Shown here: one piece after another, positions 48,913 to 58,276 of the stretch
Numbering within the stretch: position 1 is the stretch's first letter
Layout of the letters: the number at the start of each line of letters is the position of its first letter
DNA from: Alphaproteobacteria bacterium
GTDB taxonomy: Bacteria > Pseudomonadota > Alphaproteobacteria > UBA828
Assembly: GCA_965214705.1 (NCBI GenBank)
Contig: OZ243972.1
Location: 3,456,001-3,520,000 of the forward strand
Length of the DNA stretch: 64,000 bases
Direction: 5' to 3'
Made by a program: the position numbers and the translations under genes
The notes under the pieces: generated by a model
The model's input: the letters and a program-made list of their open reading frames with translations, nothing else
The model's database searches: none
What the model was told of the DNA's origin: nothing

Positions 48913-49767
48913 TCAGGCCTGGGCAGGACGCGGAAACTCCAGCAGGTCCAGGGGCGACGGCGTGGCGGACGTCTTGTCGTGAGCAAGGTGAAGGTAGCGC
49001 ATGGTCGAGCGGATTGAGGTGTGCCCGAGGCGGCGTTGGATGACATGCAGCTCGACGCCGGCCTCGAGGAGCCCGGTGGCGTAGCAATGGCGCAGCGTGT
49101 GGATCCCGCCGGGCTTGGCGATCCCGGCTTTGTCCTTGGCTCGATCGTAAACGTGTGCTGGCCCATGGCGCGTCATCGGCCGGCCGGGAATCCGACCGGG
49201 GAACAGCCAGTGCTCGGGCCGTACCCGCTGCCAGTACTCGCGCAGCTCGTCGAGCAGCCGGGGCGAGAGCGGGACGTAGCGGTCCTTGTTGCCCTTGCCC
49301 TGATCGACGCGCAGGCACATCCGCTGTGAGTCGATATCGCTGATCTGCAACCGGCCGAGCTCGCTCGCCCGAAGCCCCGCTGCATAGGCCGTCATCAGCA
49401 AGGCGCGGTGCTTGCGGTTGATGGTGACGCTGAACAGCCGCACCAGTTCGTCTTGGTTGAGCAGTACGGGCAGGGTGGAAGGCGTCTTGGCGAAGGGCAG
49501 ATAGAAGTGCGGCTCGGGCAAGCCCAGCGTGATGCGATAGAGGAAGCGGATCCCTTGGCGAGCGCTGTTGCAGCTCTGCCAAGCCAGCCCCCGCTCTTCG
49601 TGAAGAAAGATGAGGTACTCCTGGACTTCCTCCGCTGAGATGTGCTCGGGGCTGCGACCGTAGTGAACCGCGAGCCCGGAGACCGAGTTGAGGTAGGACT
49701 TCCTGGTGTTCTCGGCGAAGCCGCGAACCGTCATGTCGTTGATCATGCGCTGGCGAAGTGCCGTCAT
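48913..49767 (-). CDS. tyrosine recombinase
   Basis: GLRASE, GKG.KDR, HTLRH.YAT.LLE.G, LGH.SI.ST..Y. Confidence 0.95.
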   Translation of the reverse strand: MTALRQRMINDMTVRGFAENTRKSYLNSVSGLAVHYGRSPEHISAEEVQEYLIFLHEERGLAWQSCNSARQGIRFLYRITLGLPEPHFYLPFAKTPSTLPVLLNQDELVRLFSVTINRKHRALLMTAYAAGLRASELGRLQISDIDSQRMCLRVDQGKGNKDRYVPLSPRLLDELREYWQRVRPEHWLFPGRIPGRPMTRHGPAHVYDRAKDKAGIAKPGGIHTLRHCYATGLLEAGVELHVIQRRLGHTSIRSTMRYLHLAHDKTSATPSPLDLLEFPRPAQA

Positions 49768-49987
49768 GGGGCGTCTCCCTCTGGGTTTGGTCTGTCACGA
49801 AGACACGCCCATGCTCTTGCTCGCCGGCTTGGCGGTCGACGACCATCGATCAACGAGGGAGAAACAGGATTCGACCCTGCGCCCAGACGCTGGAGCGAAC
49901 GGCCACACTCAACTTACGCGCGGCAAGGAGATCACTCTGGGCACCCGGCGGCCGAGGCGCCCCGCCGCGGAACGCGGCTCAGTTCAA

Positions 49988-50037
49988 GGTTAAGGGTTGG
50001 GCAGGCTCTCGAGAGAGAGCCTGCCCAACCCTTAACC
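49988..50037. repeat. solo, fully symmetric copy of the element A terminal hairpin
   Basis: ggttaagggttgggcaggctctc-gaga-gagagcctgcccaacccttaacc, without element A genes. Confidence 0.9.
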
Positions 50038-50265
50038 TTGAGCGGCGCGGCCCAGAACCGTGGCGCCGGTGCCCGGAGACCGGTGCCGCCGGCAGCGACA
50101 ACGGGCGGCGGCAGGACGGGAACGGCGCGGCGCGAAGCGCCCAGGGCGGAAGCGGGGTCGGAGGCGGCATTGGCGGGCAGCACGGGGTGGGGCCCAGCGG
50201 CCCCTGTCCGGTTCCCGCGCGACTCCGCGCTTCGGGCCGGCGCCTCACTCCCGGTTGCGGAAGGG

Positions 50266-51081
50266 CTATGGCACTCCTGTGAGCGAGGGAGCCATCAGCG
50301 GCACGTTCGAGACGATCTCCACCTCGTCGATGCGGAGACCCAGGAAGGCCAGGCAGGCCGCCGTCTCGGCCTCGGTCTCATAGGTGCCGTGGTCGGCCCC
50401 GCTGTCCAGCTCGATCACGGTGTAGAAGGGCGGTCCCACCTGCGCGGCGTGCCAGGCGGGTGCGCGGGTATTGGAGCGGTAGGCGCAGGCAGGACAGCGC
50501 GCGGCGCCGGCCACGTGGACGCCACAATCGGTGCAACGCCCCTGCGCCCTGCGCCTGGCATAGCGCTTGCGGTCGACGGCTCTCTTGCGCTCGAGCGAGA
50601 CGCGCTCCGCTTCCAGCGCGGCGTGCCGGGCGCAGCGCGACGATCCGCCGACGGCGGGCTCTGCGCAGCGCACACAAACACCGAGTGCGCGGCGAGCGGC
50701 ATAGCGCCGGCGATCGATTGCGCGCCTTGCCTCGCGGCAGGGCTCGCAGACCGAGTGGCCGTCCTCGGGAGGATTGCGGCCGCAATTGGAGCAGAGCCCC
50801 GCGTCGCGCCACGCCCGCCGGCGCCGCCTGTCCCGGGCGCGGTCGGCGCGGCGGCAGAGATCGGGATCCCGGCCGCCGTACGGCTTTCCCTCGGCGCTGG
50901 CCCTTGCGCGCCGGTCGCGGTCGGCGGCACGGCGCTTCTCGCCGCAATCCCGGCATATCTTGAGGCCGGGCTCGGGCGGCGCCTTGCCGCACCGCGTACA
51001 CAAACCGCTCGCGAGACGCTCGGCGTGCTGCAGGCGCAGGCGGGCGCTGGCCCGCTCCCGCGCGGGGACCTGGTCGGGCAT
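50266..51081 (-). CDS. Arg-rich protein with four tandem CxxC-x9-11-CxxC/H Zn-finger-like repeats
   Basis: GLCTRCG..CRDC, GLCSNCG..CEPC, GVCVRCA..CARH, GRCTDCG..CPAC, followed by a small acidic C-terminal domain. Confidence 0.75.
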   Translation of the reverse strand: MPDQVPARERASARLRLQHAERLASGLCTRCGKAPPEPGLKICRDCGEKRRAADRDRRARASAEGKPYGGRDPDLCRRADRARDRRRRRAWRDAGLCSNCGRNPPEDGHSVCEPCREARRAIDRRRYAARRALGVCVRCAEPAVGGSSRCARHAALEAERVSLERKRAVDRKRYARRRAQGRCTDCGVHVAGAARCPACAYRSNTRAPAWHAAQVGPPFYTVIELDSGADHGTYETEAETAACLAFLGLRIDEVEIVSNVPLMAPSLTGVP

Positions 51082-51095
51082 GACCGGTGTCCCGC

Positions 51096-51422
51096 TCAGC
51101 GCGCGTGGCGCATGAAGTCGAACCCGCAGGCCGCAACGCCCCAGATCTGCACCCCGGATGCCTTGAGATCGAGCGCCGTGCAGATGATGATCTCGTCGCG
51201 CTCGGGGCGCATCTTCCTGACCGCGCCGGCGCTCACGATGGTGCGGCGCGGCCTGCGTCCGCCCTTCTTCTCCTTCGGCTGCTCGGCCTCGACCGGGTCG
51301 ATCTGCCCGTCGGGTCGGGAGCGGAACTTCTCGACCACGTAGCGCTCCCCGTCCAGCCCCCGCCCGAACACGTGGACCAGGAACGTGTGCGCGTTGCGAT
51401 GTGACGGCCTGCGAATCCGCAT
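51096..51422 (-). CDS. hypothetical protein
   Basis: RBS ggggagg; co-oriented just upstream of the Zn-repeat gene. Confidence 0.6.
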   Translation of the reverse strand: MRIRRPSHRNAHTFLVHVFGRGLDGERYVVEKFRSRPDGQIDPVEAEQPKEKKGGRRPRRTIVSAGAVRKMRPERDEIIICTALDLKASGVQIWGVAACGFDFMRHAR

Positions 51423-51823
51423 GGCGTGCCTCCCCTTCCTCTGGTGTGCCGACGGCCGAGGGCTCTCTCCGCAGCGCCGCCCGGCCGCCCCGCTTCCGGC
51501 CAACCGCTCGCTCCCGGCGGCGCCGGGCCGAGAGCGCGGCGCAAAGGCTGGATGGGGCGGTGGACGCCGGTGGGACGCTGCGGTGGGACGGTCAAGGGAA
51601 CGGCGAAGGGTGCCGGAGCGCGCGGCGCGAAGCTCCTCGGCCTCCCGGCCTCAGGAATCCATCAAGGTCTCGATGCGGTCCGCATTCACCGGCGGATTGG
51701 CCGCGCACAAGTGTAGCCGGGCGTCGCCGTGGGCAGGCATTCGTGGTAGTCGGTGTCTGGAAACGGGCGATGTGCCATCCGGGGATGGCGGAAGAGCACT
51801 GCTCCAGTGCAGGAGGCGGGCAC

Positions 51824-52111
51824 ATGAACAAGGCGGAGATGGCCGAGCGTTTGGCAGCCCGCACGGGGCTGAGCAAAGGCGCCGCAAGGGATGCTGTGGA
51901 CGGCGTGTTCGCCATTATCGGCGACGCGCTTGCCGATGGCGAGGAGGTCCGGCTGCCGGGATTCGGGACCTTCGGCACCAGAAGCCGGTCGGCCCGTACC
52001 GGACGCAACCCGAGCACCGGGGAGGCGGTTTCGATACCGGCGTCCACTTCGCCGACGTTCAAGGCGGGGAAGACGCTGAAGGACACCGTGAATGGTGGTC
52101 AGGGACCGTGA
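51824..52111 (+). CDS. HU-family DNA-binding protein
   Basis: MNKAE, V.L.GFGTF, R.AR.GRNP.TGE...IPA...P.FKAGK.LK. Confidence 0.95.
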   Translation: MNKAEMAERLAARTGLSKGAARDAVDGVFAIIGDALADGEEVRLPGFGTFGTRSRSARTGRNPSTGEAVSIPASTSPTFKAGKTLKDTVNGGQGP

Positions 52112-52422
52112 CGGTGCGACGAGGGAAGACAGCGACTGGACGCGCCCTAAACCGCCTGCATGTTGAATCCGGGCGATTTCTATACGATGACGGGCTCTGT
52201 GCGAGCAGCGAGGCCGCCATCGGGAATACCCAAGGCTTCTGCCGGGTTGGACGCTAAGCTGCCGCCGCGGCGGATGGGGCTTCGCGTATGAGGCAAGAAG
52301 ATCGTGGACTGGTCTGCGGCTTACCCACATCCCCACAGGCGTACGAGCAGCAACAGCGAAAACCAGAATAACCTTTACTGAGCCGTCAGGCTGTCCGACA
52401 AGGCGAGGCTACCTCACCTTCC

Positions 52423-53166
52423 CTAGGTCGATCCCGGTGGTTCTTTCGAGAGCCATTCTGCATAGGCCAAGAGGTCGATCATGGGTACCGTGCCGCTAAA
52501 TTGAAGCCGCGCGATCAACTTGAAGAGAAAGGCTGTTGCGGGTTTGCCTCCGCAGTGTAGTTCGTATCGAGAGCCTTCCCGGTCGAAGTGGAAATAGCCA
52601 TGCGCGGCGACGCAACCGATGTCCAGACGGTCGTCGCGATCACCGGTTCCAAGAGCGCTTCGAAGCGGTTCCCCCAAGGCGGGTGACCAATCGCTCTCGA
52701 AGGTTAGCAGGCCGCCGAGTATGGGAATGAGCGGCTTTGCAGGATAGGTACCCTTTGCGTAGGGGATGGGCAGACTCGTTCGATGCAGGCGTCGCACGCT
52801 CGCGACTTTGCCCTGTGCGTACCTCACTTGGTGCGCATTCATTGTCTGTTTCGCCTCGAACACCGCATAGACGCTCTCGGCCGGAATGATCTTCTGTCCT
52901 TCGTAGCTGAATATGAACGGTGAGTACTGGCGATCGAACACTACGATGTCGATCTGCTCGCTGAACGCACCCAAGCTATCCACGACATGCGCAGTCGCGG
53001 CTTGATAGCGTTGAGGAAGGTATTTCTGGAGCATGTCCAGCCACACCACCTCACTCGCATCGCCCTTCACAACGGGATGACCGAAGCTCTTGCGGACTCT
53101 CCCCAAACGCTCTTGGATGTCGTCATGCAACTCCGCGAGCAGCCGATCTAGCGACCACTCGCTCAT
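52423..53166 (-). CDS. nucC: CBASS effector endonuclease NucC
   Basis: HP..KGDASE.VW, YLP.RY, SEQIDIVVFDRQYSP, PAESVYAVFEAKQ, K..SVRRL.RTS. Confidence 0.95.
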   Translation of the reverse strand: MSEWSLDRLLAELHDDIQERLGRVRKSFGHPVVKGDASEVVWLDMLQKYLPQRYQAATAHVVDSLGAFSEQIDIVVFDRQYSPFIFSYEGQKIIPAESVYAVFEAKQTMNAHQVRYAQGKVASVRRLHRTSLPIPYAKGTYPAKPLIPILGGLLTFESDWSPALGEPLRSALGTGDRDDRLDIGCVAAHGYFHFDREGSRYELHCGGKPATAFLFKLIARLQFSGTVPMIDLLAYAEWLSKEPPGST

Positions 53167-54104
53167 GATTCGCCGTCCTGAAACGGGGCGGTTGCCACCA
53201 TCTCGCGCGCGATTTCCAGCGCCCCGTTTGGATCCACCTCCCGCCCGGGATAGGCGTCCAGCACCATCGCCGGGAGCAACCGTTGGGTGAGGTCCGAGTA
53301 GGTGAACCCGTAGCCACCGTCTTCGCGCGGACCGGTAGCGGTCACCACCGCCTCGATCTGGTTCGGCGAGAAGCCAAGCTGCCCGAGCGCTGGCGCCAAC
53401 ACCTCGTGGCGCCTCGCGGCGTCCGGCCGCGTGAACGACAGGATCTCCGCCGCCCGGCGGCGTACCGCCGGATCGAGAGCGCCCGGCCGGTTCGTGCACA
53501 TGATGACGGCTGCCGGTAGCTTGCCGTTTCCGAGTTGGTCCACCCCCCGGATAAACGCGTTCACGCCCGCCCGGTCCTCGTGATGCATCTGCGCCGCCTC
53601 CCGCGATTGAGCCAACGCGTCCGCCTCGTCCACCAGCAGGATTACCGCCCCGCGCGAACCTCCTTCTCCGTCGACCTTGAGCTTATTCGCTTCGTCGATG
53701 GTGTACTCGAACGCGGCCGATAGAAGCTGCGTCATCTCGCCGACGCGCCCCTCTCCCCGCGTCGCGAGACTGAGCGGAAAGAGCGTGACATGGATCTTCT
53801 CTTGACGGGCGACGGCGTCACCGATCGTCTCGGCCAGCGCCGATTTTCCTGATCCGACGTCTCCGGCCAGCACGACCAAAGGCGGTCTCGCCATCACCGT
53901 TTTGAGCACCCTATCCGCGCCCGGATGATACCGCTTCGCCCATGCGTTCAGGCCATCGGTGTTCACCAAGAGCGCGAGGATCTTCGTCAGCCGCCGCTTG
54001 TGATCCTGCAACCCCACCAGCGAAGCGAGCCGTTCCTGCGGCTCGAAGTCGGGATAGACGATTCGGCGCTCGAAGAGCTCGTCGAAATCCGGCCGAACCC
54101 TCAT
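53163..54104 (-). CDS. cap6: CBASS Trip13/Pch2-like AAA+ ATPase
   Basis: Walker A GDVGSGKS, RG.G.VGEM, Walker B LLVDEADA, QMHHEDRAGVN, TNR...LDPA..RR. Confidence 0.9.
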   Translation of the reverse strand: MRVRPDFDELFERRIVYPDFEPQERLASLVGLQDHKRRLTKILALLVNTDGLNAWAKRYHPGADRVLKTVMARPPLVVLAGDVGSGKSALAETIGDAVARQEKIHVTLFPLSLATRGEGRVGEMTQLLSAAFEYTIDEANKLKVDGEGGSRGAVILLVDEADALAQSREAAQMHHEDRAGVNAFIRGVDQLGNGKLPAAVIMCTNRPGALDPAVRRRAAEILSFTRPDAARRHEVLAPALGQLGFSPNQIEAVVTATGPREDGGYGFTYSDLTQRLLPAMVLDAYPGREVDPNGALEIAREMVATAPFQDGES

Positions 54105-54619
54105 CGCCAGCTCCTAACCGTCGCGCGTTCAAGCGCGCGGCCACCCGCCGAATAGACCAGATCTGGGCGGAGGTAACCGTCGATGCCTGGTTGGGGCGCT
54201 CCGTTACGGCGGAATGGAAGACGACACCTGAAGACCTCCTTCTCCAGTGCGCTCAGACGCTCCCAAGACGAGCTGTAGGTGAGATAGCTGTAGAATGAGG
54301 CGCCGGCGACGTGCGCGCCCGGTCGCACTCGCCCAGGGTCGTCGTCGTTGGCCGAGGCGCCTGCGAGATCGCGAGCGGTATAGCGCAGCGTGGGCTCAAT
54401 CCAGTTGCCGTTGCGGCGAAAGCCGTACATCACCGTCCCGAGGTACCCTTCCTTCAGGAATTCGATCGCCTCGGCTTCGTAGTCGGCGATCTGCCTGTCC
54501 GTCGGACGCCCGTAAAATCTCTGCATCCGTTTCAAATCGGTGGCAACCTTCGCCGCAATGTGCTTTGCATGCGTGCGGGTGAAGGTCAGCGTGTCGGTAT
54601 AGGAAAAGCTTGACGTCAT
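54101..54619 (-). CDS. cap7: CBASS HORMA-domain protein
   Basis: THA.H.AAKVATDL.RMQRFYG.P, GYLG.V.YGF, WIEPTLRY, YS.GGR.L.R. Confidence 0.9.
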   Translation of the reverse strand: MTSSFSYTDTLTFTRTHAKHIAAKVATDLKRMQRFYGRPTDRQIADYEAEAIEFLKEGYLGTVMYGFRRNGNWIEPTLRYTARDLAGASANDDDPGRVRPGAHVAGASFYSYLTYSSSWERLSALEKEVFRCRLPFRRNGAPQPGIDGYLRPDLVYSAGGRALERATVRSWR

Positions 54620-54627
54620 CAGTCATC

Positions 54628-55593
54628 TCACCCCTGAAACGACGAGCCGAAGACCCGTCGCCAGTAACGTACGGTTTCCTGTTTCGTCGGTGCCGCCAAG
54701 GCAGCATCGATGGCATCGCCCGCATCGAGAGCCGCATCCACGATGGCATCCGCCTCCGATGCCGTGTAGAGCCGGCTCACGTTGTTCTTCGCGTTGACGG
54801 GGTCGATGATCTGCACCCGCTCCGCAAACCTCCCTACTGCCGATGCCGGGTAGTAGTCGGTAAAGACGATCTTCTCGCTCAGATCGCTGCGCGCAACGTA
54901 GGTGAAGAAGTGCTGAAGTGCTTCGGGGTAGTCTCCGAAGTCGAGCCCCTTGTCGCAGAGCCGCGACAATATCATCTCGACCATGAAGGACTTGAAGCGG
55001 AAGCCTTGACGCTCGCTCTTCATATTCCCGGCCCAGAACTTCACCAGTCTCACCACTTGCGCGAAGTGCTGCTCCTGGGTTTGCTTGCGCTTGCTGCAGA
55101 ACTCAAGGTGAAGCGGAATGCTCGTCTCCAGGTACGAACCGTCGTCCTGGCTCACGAGCCTCCCGTACCAATCCGGATCGCCGTCATAGAGGATTGGGAC
55201 CACGTCCACATCGAGACCCGTGCCGCGGAACGAAACCGTGACGCTGTAGGTCTTCGCTTGCACCTGATCAGGGCTGAAATTCGGGAACGCGTTGCGCAGT
55301 CGCTCCGCGAGATACTGCAGCAATGCGGTCACGTCGCCCGGCGCATCCGCCCCGCTGATGTAGCACGCCACGTCGATGTCGTTGAGCGACCGAAGCGCCG
55401 TTCCCTTCGCCAAGCTCCCCGAGAGCAGCATCTTCTTCAGCGAAAAATCCGGATGCTCCCTCAGGTAGCTCTCGAGCCGTTCGCGCAACCGCCGCGCCTG
55501 CGCGCGATATTCACTCGCCTTCTCCCTCGGCAGGTTCACCCTGTCTTGCGCGAAACGGACGATGTCACCGTGATCGACGTGTGATCGAGCCAT
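54628..55593 (-). CDS. cdnC: cGAS/DncV-like nucleotidyltransferase, CdnC-like
   Basis: SGSLAKGTAL...NDIDV, DVDVVP, FKSFM.E, IIDPVN..NNV, W..VFG..F; matches my recollection of E. coli CdnC along its length. Confidence 0.92.
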   Translation of the reverse strand: MARSHVDHGDIVRFAQDRVNLPREKASEYRAQARRLRERLESYLREHPDFSLKKMLLSGSLAKGTALRSLNDIDVACYISGADAPGDVTALLQYLAERLRNAFPNFSPDQVQAKTYSVTVSFRGTGLDVDVVPILYDGDPDWYGRLVSQDDGSYLETSIPLHLEFCSKRKQTQEQHFAQVVRLVKFWAGNMKSERQGFRFKSFMVEMILSRLCDKGLDFGDYPEALQHFFTYVARSDLSEKIVFTDYYPASAVGRFAERVQIIDPVNAKNNVSRLYTASEADAIVDAALDAGDAIDAALAAPTKQETVRYWRRVFGSSFQG

Positions 55594-55797
55594 GTTCGCT
55601 CTCTCAATCGGGGCTGCGAGGACCGGAGATGTCCCGGGTCGGGTAGTGAAATCCCATGAAATGAGTCCTCTGTTGACGGCTGAGCCGACCGTTGATTCAC
55701 ACTCAGCTTCACATGTAGCACCGCCGCGCTCGACTTTCAAGGGGTTTTGGTTCACTATTTTCTTCACACATATGAAGGAGGTAAGGAGAGCCATGAC

Positions 55798-56616
55798 ATG
55801 ACCGAACCGACGCAGCTGAATCCCAAGCCGATCCCGGAGGTGCACCTGGATCGGGCGCCCCTGGCGCGTGTTCTCGCCCAAGCGCGCTTCCCGCCCATCC
55901 TCGCCATCAGCAAGGCCGACGAGGTTGCTTCATTCCAGGAGGCACTGCGCGATACGTATCCCAATCTCAGCCGTGACCAGGTTCACAGCATTGAACTCGC
56001 CGGCGGGCAGACGCCAAACGTACAGCAGGGCCTGATCTGGCGCCTCGCCGATGGCGAGACCGAGCCCGCCTGGCGCGTGTCGCTGGGGGTGGACTTCGTG
56101 GCGCTGGAGACCTCGGACTATGACAGCCGGGACGATTTCCTCGCTCGCCTCGGCGATGTCCTCTCTGCGGTTGAGGAATCGTTCAACCCCGCATCGGCCA
56201 GTCGCCTCGGGGTGCGCTACATCGACCGGCTCACCGGCGCGGCGGTCGAACGAATCGGTGAGCTTATCCATGCCGAGATTCTCGGCGTCCTCCAGCCCAC
56301 CGATACACTGGACTCCTCGCTCAGAGAATCCGTCATCCACCAGATAACCGAGGCGCAGTTCCGGGCCCCGGGTGGTACACGTGTCCAAGGTCGTTGGGGC
56401 CGACTGCCCGCCAACACGACATACGACCCTAACGCCCTCGACGCCGTCGAAGTGCCGAGCTGGGTTCTGGACCTCGACATGTTCACGACCCAATCCCAGG
56501 ACTTCGTCACCGAAGACCTGGTGACAACTGCGAGGACCTCCGCAGAATGCCTCTATTGGCTCTTCCGCCAGATGGTTACGATGGAGTTCCTCAGGTTCCA
56601 CGGAGGCGAACCATGA
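55798..56616 (+). CDS. TIGR04255-like protein
   Basis: L..APL..VL.Q.RFP, FVALET..Y..R.DF, RLG.RYIDR, W.LDLD, LF...VT..FL. Confidence 0.75.
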   Translation: MTEPTQLNPKPIPEVHLDRAPLARVLAQARFPPILAISKADEVASFQEALRDTYPNLSRDQVHSIELAGGQTPNVQQGLIWRLADGETEPAWRVSLGVDFVALETSDYDSRDDFLARLGDVLSAVEESFNPASASRLGVRYIDRLTGAAVERIGELIHAEILGVLQPTDTLDSSLRESVIHQITEAQFRAPGGTRVQGRWGRLPANTTYDPNALDAVEVPSWVLDLDMFTTQSQDFVTEDLVTTARTSAECLYWLFRQMVTMEFLRFHGGEP

Positions 56617-57317
56617 CCGCAAGCGCCCTGCGCGGCACACGGGACAGATATACACCGGTGCTTGGTAGCATGTGCCTCTCCATGCCCAACGCTGACTTTC
56701 CGACCGTGCTGTTTGCGACGCCTTGGCCAGAAGGCACGAGCGTCAACACCTGCCCCCACGGTTCGATGACGATGTGGACGATCGTCGCGCCGCATGTTGA
56801 GCGCACCGCTGCCGATCCCGTCGGGCGTTGCAACTTTCTCCTTGAGCCCGCGGAATCCACAGCCGAGGCCATCATGGAGATCCGCCGCCGGTCCGGGCTG
56901 ACGTGGCAGGAACTCGGTGAGCTGTTCGACGTCTCGCGACGCAGCATCCATCACTGGGCGAACGGTAAACCAGTCAGCGCCGGGAACGATCGAACGATCC
57001 GACGGATGCTGGCGGCGATCCGCCATCTCGACCGGGGCAGCCAGCGCGACACCCGCGCCCTGTTGCTCTCGATCGACCAGGCTACGGGGGTCTCGCCACT
57101 CGACCTCCTGCAGGCCGGACGATTCGACGACGCCACGACCCCCTTCCTGGGCGACTGGACGCCCGAGCCTCACCGTGTGCCGCTGTCGCCGGCCGCCCAG
57201 GATGCGCGCCGCCCGCCGGCCGCTACGCTTCTGCTGGGGGCCGAGCAGGATCGGCCCGACATCCCGGCCAAGGCCCGCACCGTCCGGCCTATGCGCACGC
57301 CAGGAACGTCGGGTTAG
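56613..57317 (+). CDS. XRE-family HTH protein with long flanking extensions
   Basis: EIRRRSGLTWQELGELFDVSRRSIHHWANGK; ATGA overlap with the upstream gene. Confidence 0.8.
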   Translation: MTASALRGTRDRYTPVLGSMCLSMPNADFPTVLFATPWPEGTSVNTCPHGSMTMWTIVAPHVERTAADPVGRCNFLLEPAESTAEAIMEIRRRSGLTWQELGELFDVSRRSIHHWANGKPVSAGNDRTIRRMLAAIRHLDRGSQRDTRALLLSIDQATGVSPLDLLQAGRFDDATTPFLGDWTPEPHRVPLSPAAQDARRPPAATLLLGAEQDRPDIPAKARTVRPMRTPGTSG

Positions 57318-57323
57318 CGCTTC

Positions 57324-58196
57324 GTGGCCTTGACGGAGGAGGACGAACAAGCGATTGACCAGGCCCTCCAGGCTTGGCGTCAGGGAGATGTGTCTCTCGA
57401 CACCGGCCTGGAGTTCCTTCATCTCGCGGACCTGTCCCGTCCGCACAGCCCTGCATCCATGCAGGCGGCTGAGACGGCTGTAGAGGAAGGAGAGGCCATC
57501 GCGGCTGTCGCCACGCCCGTGATGGACGAAGTGCGCGGCATGGCGATGCTCAGCCAGACCTGTGACGTCGTCCGAAGCTGTCGCGCCCGGCCATTCGTCG
57601 AGGTCGCGGCTCTTGTCGAGGTGCCGGAGCCATGGGTCGAAGAAATCCGCCGCCTCAAGCGGCCCGCCTTCGCTCATGTACCAGCCACAGACGACCAGCA
57701 GCTCGTCGCCGACCTTGATCGCGTCATGACCGTCGAAAAGGCTCTCGTCGCAGGATGGACACGGATTCCCGGCTGGGACACCGACGAAGAGCTGCGCGAC
57801 TTCGCCCAATCCCTCGCCCGCAAGCGATCCCGCTTCGCCTTTCCCGACGATTTCGTTGCCGCGGCCAGCCGCCTCCAGGCGCATATGGTCGCGAGGCACA
57901 ACAGACAGACCGACGAGGGCGCCCATCTCCGGGCGCTGCGCGAGATCCGAGTGCGCGTCGCGCCATCCTGGGACGCTGACCAAGTTCTGTTGAGCTGGTG
58001 GTTCGTCAAGGACGGTGATCCGCCTGACATTCCCGCCGATTGGCCGGCACTGCTCGATCGGTGGCTTGCATTGTTCGAGCAAGACGAGAGCGGCCGGTTC
58101 CGCCTCGATCCGCCTATCGCCTGCCGGCTGGATGACATGGCGGCGCGCGAATACGTCGAGAGCGACCGGCTCGACCTCGACCGGCTTTCGGCTTGA
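57324..58196 (+). CDS. uncharacterised protein with PemK/MazF-like N-terminal pattern
   Basis: WRQGDV ... AMLSQTCD ... FVEVAAL ... VADLDRVMTVEK, then RFAFPD and a C-terminal domain. Confidence 0.65.
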   Translation: MALTEEDEQAIDQALQAWRQGDVSLDTGLEFLHLADLSRPHSPASMQAAETAVEEGEAIAAVATPVMDEVRGMAMLSQTCDVVRSCRARPFVEVAALVEVPEPWVEEIRRLKRPAFAHVPATDDQQLVADLDRVMTVEKALVAGWTRIPGWDTDEELRDFAQSLARKRSRFAFPDDFVAAASRLQAHMVARHNRQTDEGAHLRALREIRVRVAPSWDADQVLLSWWFVKDGDPPDIPADWPALLDRWLALFEQDESGRFRLDPPIACRLDDMAAREYVESDRLDLDRLSA

Positions 58197-58227
58197 TGAC
58201 AGTCCAAAGGCGCTTCCCGAGAGCACG

Positions 58228-58249
58228 GCCATCCGCCTAGGCGGATGGC
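58228..58249. other. perfect 22-bp palindrome after the three-gene operon
   Basis: gccatccgcctaggcggatggc; no U-tract. Confidence 0.6.
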
Positions 58250-58276
58250 GGTTCCCCCTGGGAAGATGGGGGCCCC

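Larger units (their letters stand above)
47358..49987 (-). mobile_element. Tyrosine-integrase + IS91-like Y2 transposase element B (diverged relative of A)
   Basis: IRs ttgagctgagccgc (47423-47436) / gcggctcagttcaa (49974-49987); own hairpin gcctgtatcggtc..gaccgatacaggc outside the downstream IR; left boundary inferred. Confidence 0.8.
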
